A stretch of 64,000 bases of DNA from Parcubacteria group bacterium (GCA_016181765.1 JACOYR010000001.1:157062-221061); one strand, 5' to 3'. Counted from the stretch's first letter, positions 1 to 9,888 are shown. A program made the numbers and translations. The notes: generated by a model not told the origin, from the sequence alone.

Positions 1-1484
1 CTTATAAAATCTTCTTTTTTGTATTCCTTCTCGTCGTACCGAAGCGTGCGGAAATGCCTGGCGCGTATGCTGTTGCAATCCAAGGCAATAAGGTAATTCA
101 ACACCTTTTGCTTGTCCGGTGTATAACCCGCGGCAATATTAGAAAGCGCAGTTCGGCAGGAATCAAGGTCAGCAATTCTGAACACGCCATCGCAGTACAT
201 ATACCACACCGAACCGAAGACCAGAGCCGGTTTTCCGCGCAACAGCCCCTCCCAGCCCGCTGTTCCGGTGGCAACTCCAACGACTTGGGAGTGTTGCATC
301 AAATCATAGGTTGAGGTATCCAGGGGAACCAGTTTGACATTTGGCAGAGCGGCAATGCGCTCATAATACCCCGGATGCCGATACAGGCGCGAAAAAGCAT
401 TGGACGGCCGAAGCTGGTTGGGGTTTTCTTTAACATATAACTTCCACCCCGCAGGCAAAGAACGCGCTACCGTCTCCACCATCAACAACTGGTCGTCATA
501 CACGCCCGCCTGCGGGCAGGTGGTCCGCTCCGGCTGGACGTTCAGAGGCATGTACACAAATTTTTTGGAAAAATCCGGAATAACATGTAATCGCGCATAT
601 TCTTTTTCCAGTAATCGGTTTTGTTTTACCCATTGGTTAATGCGCAGCTTGTATCTAAACCCGCGCATAGGCGCATCTAATGTTTGCTCTTCATTTTTCA
701 TAAAAATCATCCGCAGGTACGAGAAACCCACACGCAAGATGCTCAAACGCAAAAGGTGCTTCAGGATCGTCCGAACGCCCGGAGTGCGAAATGGCGCGGG
801 CCGTGCGAGCGCGCGCTTTTGGTATTCCGGAGTTGCATCGGCAACCGAATTACTGTGTTTTCCATAATACGAGCGCAAATCAGGGCTTAAATCTTCCACT
901 TTGTAGGCTGTGTCTTTATGCGCGTCATAATAATTTCGTATTGCCAATGAAGATGTTGTATAGTCATCAACAAGGGTGGTTCTGCTTTCCACGGCAATTT
1001 GCTCGCTAATAATAACTTTAATATTGCGCCGTTTGGCAAGCGCGTAGAGAACGTAATTATTGCCGTTATGCGGCACATCAGGAAACAGAATCGCGTCCGG
1101 CTTGAATCTTTTAATCATACCCTGCCAAAACTGGATATACCGGTAATATAAATCCAGTTTTTTGGGAAGCGGCCATGCGGAGTAATCAATCCTGCTTATA
1201 AGCAGCAACGCAGTCCCCTCATAGGGATACAATTTTTCTATGAGCTCTTTGCTTGGGGGCTCAAAATTGGATACGTCAATTTCCTGTGGCGGGATATTCC
1301 GGATTGCATCATTCGCGTAATGGAAAATGGTGCCCGAAAAATGCTCTTTATCCGCCGCGATGGTTTTAAAATAATCGCGGTATCCCTGCCAATAGATAAT
1401 GCGCGCGCCCACATCACGCAGATGCAACGCAACATCTTTGAGTATGGGGGTTGAAAAGCCTATGATAAAAATCTTTTTATCCAT
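1..1484 (-). CDS. Capsule polysaccharide biosynthesis family protein (KpsS/Capsule_synth-like), 3' end runs off the window
   Basis: Not in the ORF track because it has no stop in the window. Manual translation from ATG at 1484 gives MDKKIFIIGF...FVYMPLNVQPERTT...LYVKENP...TGTAGWEGLLRGKPALVFG, motifs typical of Capsule_synth proteins. Confidence 0.7.
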   Translation of the reverse strand, partial: MDKKIFIIGFSTPILKDVALHLRDVGARIIYWQGYRDYFKTIAADKEHFSGTIFHYANDAIRNIPPQEIDVSNFEPPSKELIEKLYPYEGTALLLISRIDYSAWPLPKKLDLYYRYIQFWQGMIKRFKPDAILFPDVPHNGNNYVLYALAKRRNIKVIISEQIAVESRTTLVDDYTTSSLAIRNYYDAHKDTAYKVEDLSPDLRSYYGKHSNSVADATPEYQKRALARPAPFRTPGVRTILKHLLRLSILRVGFSYLRMIFMKNEEQTLDAPMRGFRYKLRINQWVKQNRLLEKEYARLHVIPDFSKKFVYMPLNVQPERTTCPQAGVYDDQLLMVETVARSLPAGWKLYVKENPNQLRPSNAFSRLYRHPGYYERIAALPNVKLVPLDTSTYDLMQHSQVVGVATGTAGWEGLLRGKPALVFGSVWYMYCDGVFRIADLDSCRTALSNIAAGYTPDKQKVLNYLIALDCNSIRARHFRTLRYDEKEYKKEDFI

Positions 1485-1490
1485 ACAATC

Positions 1491-3281
1491 TTAATCTCTG
1501 ATGTTATAGACCTTGTAGAAATAAGACGCTTTGTCTTTGAGAAGCTCTTTCGGACTCCCCTGTTCAATAATCTTACCGTTATCAAGAACAATGAGTTTGT
1601 CGGAATTGCGCAGAGTGGAAAGACGGTGCGCAATGGCTAGAACTGTAATTTTACCTTTGAGATTTTCAATGACTTTCTGTATCTTTGCCTCGGATTCGTT
1701 ATCTAGAGAACTTGTCGCCTCGTCTAAAACGAGTATTTTTGGACTCCTCGCCAAAACGCGGGCAATAATAATCCGCTGCCGCTGCCCCGCCGAGAGCATA
1801 ACACCTCGTTCGCCAATAACGGTTTCAAATCCATTAGGGAGCCCTTGGATAAAATCATACATATGAGCCATGCGAGTTGCCTGCTCAACGTCTCTTTGTG
1901 TAAGCGTGTTGCTGTAGAACCTAATATTGTTGGCAATGGTATCATTCATAAGAAATAAATCCTGAGACACATACCCTATATTCCTGCGCCATTCCCGCAA
2001 GCCAAACTCAGTAATGTTTCTCCCGTCCAGAGTAATGGAGCCATTCTCCGGATTAAATAACCGGAGCAGCAGATCAACCAGTGTGGTTTTTCCCGCCCCG
2101 GAAGGGCCAATCAACCCAACCATTTCCCCTTTTCCCACCGAAAAACTCACCGCATCTAAGACGTTTTGGCTATCACTGTACCGAAAGGAAACATTCGTAA
2201 ACTCCAATGCATGATTAAAGACAACACGCTCATTGCCGGAATCTATTTCTGACACGCTATGCGACCTGTCCCGGTATTCAAGTACGCTTTTGAGGTATGG
2301 AACGGATTCGTTCATAGAATGCAGCGCGCCCTGAAACTGTTGTATGTACTGGAACATTCTCTGAATCAGATAGATAATAGCCGCCAGAGCGGCGAAGTTG
2401 AAATAGGGGGTCTGATAAGAAACAAAAAAAACAACGCTGATAAAAATAAGGCTCATGGGCTGCATGATGATGCTTGAAACACTGCTTAACAAGAAGACGA
2501 TGATTCTTAGTTTCCTTAGATCGGCAAAGTAACCAGCTCCTTTCCGAACCACCTGTTGACCCACGGACATTGCCTTCACTGTTTTCATGCCGAGAAGGTT
2601 TTCACTGACAAAATGCTGGACTTCTTTATTCATGGCGGCTGTCTTGTGCGCCGCCATTCTGGTTCGATACATGAGCGGCTTCAAGAGCAGGATAAGCACT
2701 CCGCCCAGAGTAAGCGTAATAAGCGATACGGAGGGAGAAATATTTATGGCTATCACTGCATACATCATTAAGCCGGTAGTAACCATAATGAACGTGCTGA
2801 TAAGTTTCAGCATCTGCGCGCCGTGCGTTACATCGTTCATTAAAATAACTTCCAAGTGCCCCAACTTCTGTTTTAAAAGATGCTCCCAGTTGGAAGCGAA
2901 TGTTGCGCCATAGAGCTCGTTTCTGGTCCGTTCTTCATAATCGGTTTGAATCTTAATCTGGACATAATTGAAAAATGCGAGCACCACAGCTTTCAAAACA
3001 AACATGCCGGAGATGAAAATCAGTATATACGCCAGATTAAAATCAATATGCGCATAGTAAAACACTTGCCTAATCGCCCTGGAAATAATGTCGCTTCCTT
3101 GATCTCCGCCGGCAATGAAAGAAAAAAGAGGGATAATGGCGTTTATACCAACACCTTCCAAAAGCCCGCTTAAAAATCCCAGCCCAGTCAACAGGATAAT
3201 CTGAAGTTTGTACCGTCCAAAAGCGCGGCGCGACAGCCGGATAATGTCATTGATTCTGTTGTCTCGAGGAAAGATACTCAT
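1491..3281 (-). CDS. ABC exporter, fused TMD+NBD (MsbA/PglK-like glycan flippase)
   Basis: N-terminal TM helices, Walker A GPSGAGKT, signature LSAGQRQR, Walker B ILVLDEATS, H-loop IAHRLST; lies in a glycan locus. Confidence 0.9.
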   Translation of the reverse strand: MSIFPRDNRINDIIRLSRRAFGRYKLQIILLTGLGFLSGLLEGVGINAIIPLFSFIAGGDQGSDIISRAIRQVFYYAHIDFNLAYILIFISGMFVLKAVVLAFFNYVQIKIQTDYEERTRNELYGATFASNWEHLLKQKLGHLEVILMNDVTHGAQMLKLISTFIMVTTGLMMYAVIAINISPSVSLITLTLGGVLILLLKPLMYRTRMAAHKTAAMNKEVQHFVSENLLGMKTVKAMSVGQQVVRKGAGYFADLRKLRIIVFLLSSVSSIIMQPMSLIFISVVFFVSYQTPYFNFAALAAIIYLIQRMFQYIQQFQGALHSMNESVPYLKSVLEYRDRSHSVSEIDSGNERVVFNHALEFTNVSFRYSDSQNVLDAVSFSVGKGEMVGLIGPSGAGKTTLVDLLLRLFNPENGSITLDGRNITEFGLREWRRNIGYVSQDLFLMNDTIANNIRFYSNTLTQRDVEQATRMAHMYDFIQGLPNGFETVIGERGVMLSAGQRQRIIIARVLARSPKILVLDEATSSLDNESEAKIQKVIENLKGKITVLAIAHRLSTLRNSDKLIVLDNGKIIEQGSPKELLKDKASYFYKVYNIRD

Positions 3282-3288
3282 AGGCTAT

Positions 3289-4893
3289 TTACTCCGACCA
3301 ATCTGTCGCATCACTAGTCACTTCAATAAACTGAAACGGTGTTTTGTGATTTGATACAGAGTCGGAAAAATAATTTCTATCTTTCAATATATCGAAATCA
3401 CCATCGAAATACGTATTAAAAATAATTCGAAACGTATTTACTGGCGTAATGGTTTCATAAAAATTCGTCTCTCCATTCCCTGGCATATAATATGCATTCA
3501 AGATGCGCATTCGCTCTCTATAAAATCGCCCAGTTGATCGATCCTCTCCAGCGGTAGACCACGGACCATGATCACCCTGGATAATAATAATCGGCTCGGT
3601 CTCTGATTTTGTAAGTAGTTGATCGACCAATGCCAAAACTTTTTTGTTTACAAAAGTGACTTGATTTATATAGCGCTGCTTCTCGTCTTCACTCCAGCCA
3701 AAATTTTCAGGCGCCAATTGTAGTGGCGTATCCAGCACAGGTTCTCCATTTGGTCCAAACAAAAATGGTGGATGCGGAGCCATAATATGTGCGTATAAGA
3801 ACTTTGGTCCTTCCACGTCTGTAAACTCAGGCATTTGCGCGAGCTGATTAAATTGATACAATATCTGCTCACGATAGTCACTAAATACATACGCGTGTAT
3901 TGGGGGATATAAAAGTCCAGCCCGCAACAAAGTTGTATTGATAATCAACATTGAAAGCTCATCAAATTTTCCTCCTTGAAAATTAGCGTCTGCATATGGG
4001 TTCAGCCGCCGCGGGCCCCAGATTGACCTGAAATTAACATACGAATACCCCCTGCTTTTCAAAAACTGCGAAGCTTTGTTGTTCTCGATAAGCGGGCCGG
4101 TTGCGTCAAAATTTCTGTCCTTGCCTGCAACAACATCGGTCAGATAATTGACATATTCCATGTTAAGCGAAGAAGAAAGAGAAACATGGGTAACTGCAAA
4201 ATTGCTGGTGCTTTTATCGGGGATATAGAAGCCCCTGTTCCTTAATGCCGATATAAAAGAACTGTTATCGTAGTTATAATAGTCGCGCAACGTTTTCTCG
4301 TTGCCGTAGGCATCAAGAATGATATAGTAAATATCCGGTTTTGATGCTGCTGCGCCGGAATCAGCTACTGATACGGAATTAACAACAGATGCGTGGGGTA
4401 CGAAAGTCTTTTCCTTGAATAAGCCCGGAATAACTGAAAATAAGGATATCGCTATGAGTGCTACCGCAACCACATTCAAAAATTCAGAAAGGAGGCGCAA
4501 TCGCTTACGAGTAACGATTACGGATATCGTCAAAGTGACAAATACAATACCATACGTAGGCAGTACATAGCGCGCCCTGCCCAATTCAACACCGCCAATG
4601 GAGAACTCGAGCAATGCTTCGTAGATGTACCCATACGAAAAAAAGAATATGAGTAGCAGCGAGGTGCCCACAGCCGCCTTATGCGGATTTTTCAGCAACA
4701 GGTATGCATTGATCAGTACAATTGCCGTAATGCCAAGCGTCATGAGGATGGGAATAATAACATTTGAAAAGTCAAGTTCTGCGGGATTGTTGGTCCAGAA
4801 AAACAAAAATGGAAATATTGCGAGCAGAAACGGATGCGCGATGGAAAGTGAGCGTTTAAGTGAAAAACGTGAGAAAAACATATTGTTATGCAT
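3289..4893 (-). CDS. Membrane-anchored sulfatase/alkaline-phosphatase-fold protein (LtaS/EptA-like phosphotransferase architecture)
   Basis: About 5 N-terminal TM helices, then PDIYYIILDAY, putative nucleophile Thr in SNFAVTHVSL, PHPPF and IIQGDHG metal motifs. Confidence 0.75.
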   Translation of the reverse strand: MHNNMFFSRFSLKRSLSIAHPFLLAIFPFLFFWTNNPAELDFSNVIIPILMTLGITAIVLINAYLLLKNPHKAAVGTSLLLIFFFSYGYIYEALLEFSIGGVELGRARYVLPTYGIVFVTLTISVIVTRKRLRLLSEFLNVVAVALIAISLFSVIPGLFKEKTFVPHASVVNSVSVADSGAAASKPDIYYIILDAYGNEKTLRDYYNYDNSSFISALRNRGFYIPDKSTSNFAVTHVSLSSSLNMEYVNYLTDVVAGKDRNFDATGPLIENNKASQFLKSRGYSYVNFRSIWGPRRLNPYADANFQGGKFDELSMLIINTTLLRAGLLYPPIHAYVFSDYREQILYQFNQLAQMPEFTDVEGPKFLYAHIMAPHPPFLFGPNGEPVLDTPLQLAPENFGWSEDEKQRYINQVTFVNKKVLALVDQLLTKSETEPIIIIQGDHGPWSTAGEDRSTGRFYRERMRILNAYYMPGNGETNFYETITPVNTFRIIFNTYFDGDFDILKDRNYFSDSVSNHKTPFQFIEVTSDATDWSE

Positions 4894-6289
4894 TGCGCGT
4901 TACATGATTATTTTTCATGAGATATAATATTCGTTCCGAGCCGGCAATCGGCGCTCGTTCCATGATTGAAAAATATGCGCTGAATTCGCGTTCAAAGGAT
5001 TCTTTCGTGTAGTCCGGGAAAATATCCCGCCTGGTTGCCAAAAGCTTTTGCACTTGCGAATCGCTTTTTGGAACAAACTCAATAATAAGGTGGCGGGCAA
5101 TGCTGCTGAAAAAGGAAGCAATGCGGGTCAATGGCACATTATTGGATATAACCAAATGATGGATAAGCGCGAGCGCGAACGTGCAATCAGCCGGACCGCG
5201 CATAATCAAAGAATCGCGCTCTTTGTTTTCCCAGCCGAGATCAGGACTCGGGTTAAGCACGTCCATTAAAAGCGGTAATAGGCGCGCATCGTTATCGCGC
5301 CGCATCCGGAGGTAATTTTTTTCCACTGATGCCGGATCATAATCAAACGAGACGGTTGCAATGCCGCGAGTGCTCGCAATCCTACTAAAGGTTCCATCAT
5401 TCGCGCCCACGTCCCAAACACTTCGTGCTCCGCTTTTTTCCAAAAATGCGGCCGTAAGCTTTTTCTTGTGTTCAAAAGATTCATTTGAGTAATTGGTAAA
5501 CGTATAATACTCAGCCCACTCGGTACCGCGCGGGCGCCAGCGCAAACGCCGCACGACGGATTCCAAATTATCCAACAAACCCAGCAGTGACGTTTTGCGC
5601 ATCTGGCGCTGGGCAGCAGTAGAGGTTTTGCCTGAAAAATGCGCCTGGCTTTTGGCGTGCAAATGGATATGCGAGAGCAGACCGAACAAAAAATACGTAC
5701 GGAACGGCAATAGTGCGCTTGCAAGATCCAGAGGCACTCCATCCATATGTATCCTAAGCCACTGGCTAAGCCGTATGTCTGTATAGGCCATAAGTGCGAG
5801 TGGGGCTAGAAAATGCTGGCAGAACTGGCGGTACGCAATCCAAGGGCTGCCTGCGGCATACTTTTCAAACGAAAGCGTATCAATAAGAATCGGTTTTCCA
5901 TCTAAAAATTGCATGTTGTACGCACTCGCATCTTTGAGAACCATGCCGTGCTCCAGAGCTTTCTTTTGAATGGCGAGCGTAAGCAGCGCCGCGTCTTTGA
6001 GCTGGCTGAAGCTCCACTCAAAAGGGTATGAGATAAAAGGAACTCTCCTCGGATGAATAACTTTATACCGTTCTTCGTGCCGGGGCGACTCCTCCGCGGG
6101 CAATTCCTTGTGCTCAATGAGCTGCCTGCTTGCAACGAGCTCACGATAAAGACCGGACGACATGAGCGCGTCATAGTGCTCCTGGTAGGATTTGTTCACC
6201 TGCCGGAAGAGCGCTCCGCTCTGTGAATCCGTATATATAAACCCACTTGGGTCGCGGAATGAGCTGGGATGTGCGGTAACAACATGCAT
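4886..6289 (-). CDS. NoeA-like protein: kinase-like N-terminal region plus class I SAM methyltransferase
   Basis: SFRDPSGF, ISYPFEWSFSQLKDAALLTL, LKDASAYN..ILID; SAM motif VWDVGANDG; ALALIHHL. Confidence 0.75.
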   Translation of the reverse strand: MHVVTAHPSSFRDPSGFIYTDSQSGALFRQVNKSYQEHYDALMSSGLYRELVASRQLIEHKELPAEESPRHEERYKVIHPRRVPFISYPFEWSFSQLKDAALLTLAIQKKALEHGMVLKDASAYNMQFLDGKPILIDTLSFEKYAAGSPWIAYRQFCQHFLAPLALMAYTDIRLSQWLRIHMDGVPLDLASALLPFRTYFLFGLLSHIHLHAKSQAHFSGKTSTAAQRQMRKTSLLGLLDNLESVVRRLRWRPRGTEWAEYYTFTNYSNESFEHKKKLTAAFLEKSGARSVWDVGANDGTFSRIASTRGIATVSFDYDPASVEKNYLRMRRDNDARLLPLLMDVLNPSPDLGWENKERDSLIMRGPADCTFALALIHHLVISNNVPLTRIASFFSSIARHLIIEFVPKSDSQVQKLLATRRDIFPDYTKESFEREFSAYFSIMERAPIAGSERILYLMKNNHVTRNA

Positions 6290-6290
6290 A

Positions 6291-6524
6291 CTAGCGCTCT
6301 TTGTCTTCTCTGGTTACTTTATTCTTGCTGCCGCCGATAAAAAAAGCTACTACCCTGTGCCAGAATATCTTGACCATGAAAAGTCCTCCGGCAACAAACG
6401 CAACCGCAAGCTGAACAAGGTAGCTTCCCGTGCCTGCGTCCAGGTACGCCTGGGCCGCGACAGGAAAAGAAAGGGCGTACGTAACGACTCCAAGAATGAG
6501 ATAAAAACGGTTGCGATGGAACAT
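6291..6524 (-). CDS. Small membrane protein with AY(L/I)D(A/P)GTGS motif
   Basis: 77 aa; signal-like N-terminus ending AQA, then YLDAGTGSYLVQ, one TM helix and a basic tail; stop is 1 bp from the next gene's start. Confidence 0.75.
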   Translation of the reverse strand: MFHRNRFYLILGVVTYALSFPVAAQAYLDAGTGSYLVQLAVAFVAGGLFMVKIFWHRVVAFFIGGSKNKVTREDKER

Positions 6525-6545
6525 AGGTGTGTATGCTAATGATTA

Positions 6546-8057
6546 CTATTTTATGAAAAATGGGCGGCCGCCATGCGGATAATACCGAATGGACGGGTAC
6601 ACTTCTCTTTCTGTAAAAAATTCATACACTGCCTTGCGCGCACCGGTCCAAGTTTCGTAGTCGTCAAGGATAACCATGCCCCCCGGAACCACTAAATCGT
6701 AGAGTTCGTCTAGGCAATACTTGGTTGATTCATAAATATCCGCATCAACAAACAGCAGCGCAATGTCCCCAATCTTCCGTTTTGCTTCTGGAACCGTATC
6801 CTGAAACCACCCCTTCTCGATGGAGACAATGTCGTCAACCCCAAGCGAATGCGTAATTTCCTGCGCCTTTTTATACTCTCCTTTGAACACGCCGGTTGTG
6901 CTTCGCTTGCCAAGATGCTCATCAGAAAATGGCACGCCTTTCTGAATTGCCTTATCCTTATCTGCTGTGCTGAATTCAGGCAGCCCTTCAAACGAATCAA
7001 ACTGCCAGACACGCCTCGTTTTTCCATGCTGTTTAACACGCCACGCCATTAATGCGCCCATACCGCCATTCCAGCATCCCATTTCTACAATGGAACCCGG
7101 TATGCCCTTTTTTTCTATATGATCAACCGCGTCGCATACTTGCCCCAGCACCCGATACCCGGCCAAAGTGTACGGAAATACCTTCTTGATAATTGGATAC
7201 AATAGTATCTTTTTGGGATCATTCCAAAAGAGCCGTCTGCATTTTCTTAATATATGTTTATTAATGTTTGATTCTCTCGGATTGATGCTTGAGCCCTTTG
7301 GCACAAAGTAATTATTGTCTTTAAAGTTACGCTCAATGAATCCCGCGGCGCGGGACAACTCTTCTTTGGTGTCAATCTCTATCCATCGCACCGGCCCGAG
7401 GTCAACCATCGTGGCCGGGTTATTGCCGCCCGATACATACTCCAAAATACCACGCTCAACAGACGCCTTCTGGTTGTTATCTTTCTTCAGAACATCATCC
7501 ACCTTCTCAAAAAATGCCGCAACCTGCCCCTCCGGACAATACCACATACTGTTAAAATAATAATCGTGCGTATCAAGCCCCTTAGACATGTTAATAACCG
7601 TATTGCGTTCATCCACTCGCACCATCATGTCCAGCTGCATTTCGTCCGATTCATGGCTCGTGCCGAATACTTTTATGCGGTCGTCAAGATGTTCTTTAAC
7701 AGTTCCGGCAATGCTTTTATCGTAAATATAATCACCATTGTACGTAATACATCCGCCGACTATTTCATCGCGCGCCTTCGCGAGGCTTGCAAGCGGTTCT
7801 GTTGTTGCGTATTCCGCATTCTCAACCAGCACAACATCCCTATCAATTGAAGCTACGGCCTCTTTCAGCTTGTCAAACTGGAACCCACCGACCACCACGA
7901 TTTTCTCGGGATTCAAAGCGCGCGCAAACGCGATTGAGTACTCAATAATAGGCCTACCACACACCATGGTGAGTGCTTTGGGCTGGTCTTTGGTCAGATC
8001 ACCCAGTCGCGTACCCATGCCAGCGGCAAGAATAACAGCGGTAAACTTATTCTCCAT
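6546..8057 (-). CDS. Fusion of LicC-like nucleotidyltransferase and TylF/MycF/NovP-family O-methyltransferase
   Basis: N-term AVILAAGMGTRLG..PKAL and WIEIDT; C-term IVEMGCWNGG, FDSFEGLP, KGWFQDT, LFVDADIYEST, ILDDY. Confidence 0.85.
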   Translation of the reverse strand: MENKFTAVILAAGMGTRLGDLTKDQPKALTMVCGRPIIEYSIAFARALNPEKIVVVGGFQFDKLKEAVASIDRDVVLVENAEYATTEPLASLAKARDEIVGGCITYNGDYIYDKSIAGTVKEHLDDRIKVFGTSHESDEMQLDMMVRVDERNTVINMSKGLDTHDYYFNSMWYCPEGQVAAFFEKVDDVLKKDNNQKASVERGILEYVSGGNNPATMVDLGPVRWIEIDTKEELSRAAGFIERNFKDNNYFVPKGSSINPRESNINKHILRKCRRLFWNDPKKILLYPIIKKVFPYTLAGYRVLGQVCDAVDHIEKKGIPGSIVEMGCWNGGMGALMAWRVKQHGKTRRVWQFDSFEGLPEFSTADKDKAIQKGVPFSDEHLGKRSTTGVFKGEYKKAQEITHSLGVDDIVSIEKGWFQDTVPEAKRKIGDIALLFVDADIYESTKYCLDELYDLVVPGGMVILDDYETWTGARKAVYEFFTEREVYPSIRYYPHGGRPFFIK

Positions 8058-9888
8058 AGCTATTCTCTACTGCTTTCTTAATTAATTCTACGGGACATGG
8101 AATTCCATACTCGCCTTTTATTTTCCAAGCTTTGCCGATAGTATCGGGCAGAACGAACCGTACTTCGTTGGCTACTGTTTTTTTATTATACTTAAGCGCA
8201 TCAAGTATTGTTTGCGCATTAATGTACTCCGGAATTCTGCATGGCAACTGATACGCGCGGAAAATATCCTTATGCGCATCCACAGTATCTTCCCCGGCTT
8301 CCATTAAGGTTGCGAGTTCCGCCGAAACGCGCATGCCGATTGCAATTGATTGCCCGTGCGAGAGATCAAAACGGGAGAGAAACTCAATTGCGTGCCCCGC
8401 CTCATGGCCATACTGCAGAATCATAGCACGTTTGTGCTCGAACATGTCTTCGTGCATCAATTCAATTTTAAGTTGGATCGTCCGTTCAATGACTTCTTTT
8501 CGGAATGCAACATCAGCAACGTTGTCCGCGTTGTTAAGAAGATACTCATAAAAATCACGGTCCTGGCATATGGCATGCTTAATTGCTTCCGATATCCCGT
8601 CGCGAACCAACGAATCGGGGATGGATAGCGCCGGATCTATAACCACAAGGAGCGGCTGATAGTAGTTACCCACGAGATTTTTTCCTTTTTGCCCGTTAAT
8701 CCCTTGTTTTAAACTAATGGATACATCGAGCATATTCATAATCGTAGTCGGAAGATGTATGAGCCCGATTCCGCGGTACAAAGTGGCGGCCAGCAAGCCC
8801 GAAACATTCGCCACAACGCCGCCGCCTAGAGCGAAAATGATCGACTGCTCATCTATCCCGAGCGCGATAATTCTCTCTGCAAGATCATTGTATATTGACA
8901 TATTTTTACTCTGTTCCCCAGCCGGAATTACAAACTTGGCAACACGGTACCCCGCGTTCTGTAATTGCAAGAGCACGCTATCCCCAAAAAGAGCATCTAC
9001 ATTTTCGTCGGTTATAATAATGTGGTGCGATCCAGCGCGTTGGGGACCTATAATCCGAACCTTATCTAACTGTTTTAAAATTCCGGGTTCTATAATAATG
9101 CCGGTTTCTTGCGTCTTGGTATGTGTAAACGAAGTTGTAGGAACAATATCGTTAAGTGTCGCCAACTCGTGAGCGGGCCCTACATGCGCATGCGCGCGCC
9201 GCATAAACATTTCGGCGCGAAGCAAGGTGTCGGCAGCGTTTATATCGAACCACTGCATGTCCGGCAAAAATGAAATTTTTACCGGCGCCGCTTGATGCAG
9301 ATTCATAATCACTTCGGATGATTCTTTATGTGGATCCATGGCTCGAGCAATTTCCAAAAAATCAGTAATCCCTTTTTTCGTAAAATAATGAATTCCGGCA
9401 TGCAGGGCATCGTATGAAGCAATGTCTCTGCCCATGTTCAGCAGTTTTTTAAACCGTGTCTTGACAAAAACCGGAGCTCCGGAAAACTCGTTCTCTTTTT
9501 TGTGTTTAGCAACAAGCACTTCAACATCAGATTTTTTTGACAATGCGCGATAGGGATTATTTTCAAACACAAGGTCGCAGGAAGTAACAACGCATTCTGA
9601 TTCGACAAATTCCGCGGCACGGGAAAAAGAATGCAAAATACCGGCATCATCATTCGGCTCTTCGGCATATCGAATGTTTACATCCGTACCACTAAATTCA
9701 TTCACAACCGTTCGTACGAGAGCAGCATACGAGCCAACAACAATCACAATATCACGTATCCCGGCCTCCTGTAAAAGCTCAATCTGCCGAACAATAAGCG
9801 GCTTGCCGTACACCCGCAAAAGTGGCTTTGGCGTATCGAGCACATTAATTTTTTGGCCGCGGCCGGCAGCCAAAATAATTCCGATCAT
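8047..9888 (-). CDS. Fusion of nucleotidyltransferase and sugar-phosphate cyclase (2-deoxy-scyllo-inosose synthase-like, DHQS superfamily)
   Basis: N-term IILAAGRG..PKPLL and WFDIN; C-term GEQSKN, ALGGGVVANVSG, RGIGLIHLPTT, SLKQGIN..GKNLVGNYYQP, YGHEAGHAIE, HGQSIAIG. Confidence 0.8.
   Translation of the reverse strand: MIGIILAAGRGQKINVLDTPKPLLRVYGKPLIVRQIELLQEAGIRDIVIVVGSYAALVRTVVNEFSGTDVNIRYAEEPNDDAGILHSFSRAAEFVESECVVTSCDLVFENNPYRALSKKSDVEVLVAKHKKENEFSGAPVFVKTRFKKLLNMGRDIASYDALHAGIHYFTKKGITDFLEIARAMDPHKESSEVIMNLHQAAPVKISFLPDMQWFDINAADTLLRAEMFMRRAHAHVGPAHELATLNDIVPTTSFTHTKTQETGIIIEPGILKQLDKVRIIGPQRAGSHHIIITDENVDALFGDSVLLQLQNAGYRVAKFVIPAGEQSKNMSIYNDLAERIIALGIDEQSIIFALGGGVVANVSGLLAATLYRGIGLIHLPTTIMNMLDVSISLKQGINGQKGKNLVGNYYQPLLVVIDPALSIPDSLVRDGISEAIKHAICQDRDFYEYLLNNADNVADVAFRKEVIERTIQLKIELMHEDMFEHKRAMILQYGHEAGHAIEFLSRFDLSHGQSIAIGMRVSAELATLMEAGEDTVDAHKDIFRAYQLPCRIPEYINAQTILDALKYNKKTVANEVRFVLPDTIGKAWKIKGEYGIPCPVELIKKAVENSYGE

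Noticed and set aside
8047-9888. Calling the cyclase AroB (shikimate pathway)
   Set aside because: It lacks the DHQS GD, GGKT and LNFGHT signatures, has no aro neighbours and is fused to a nucleotidyltransferase.
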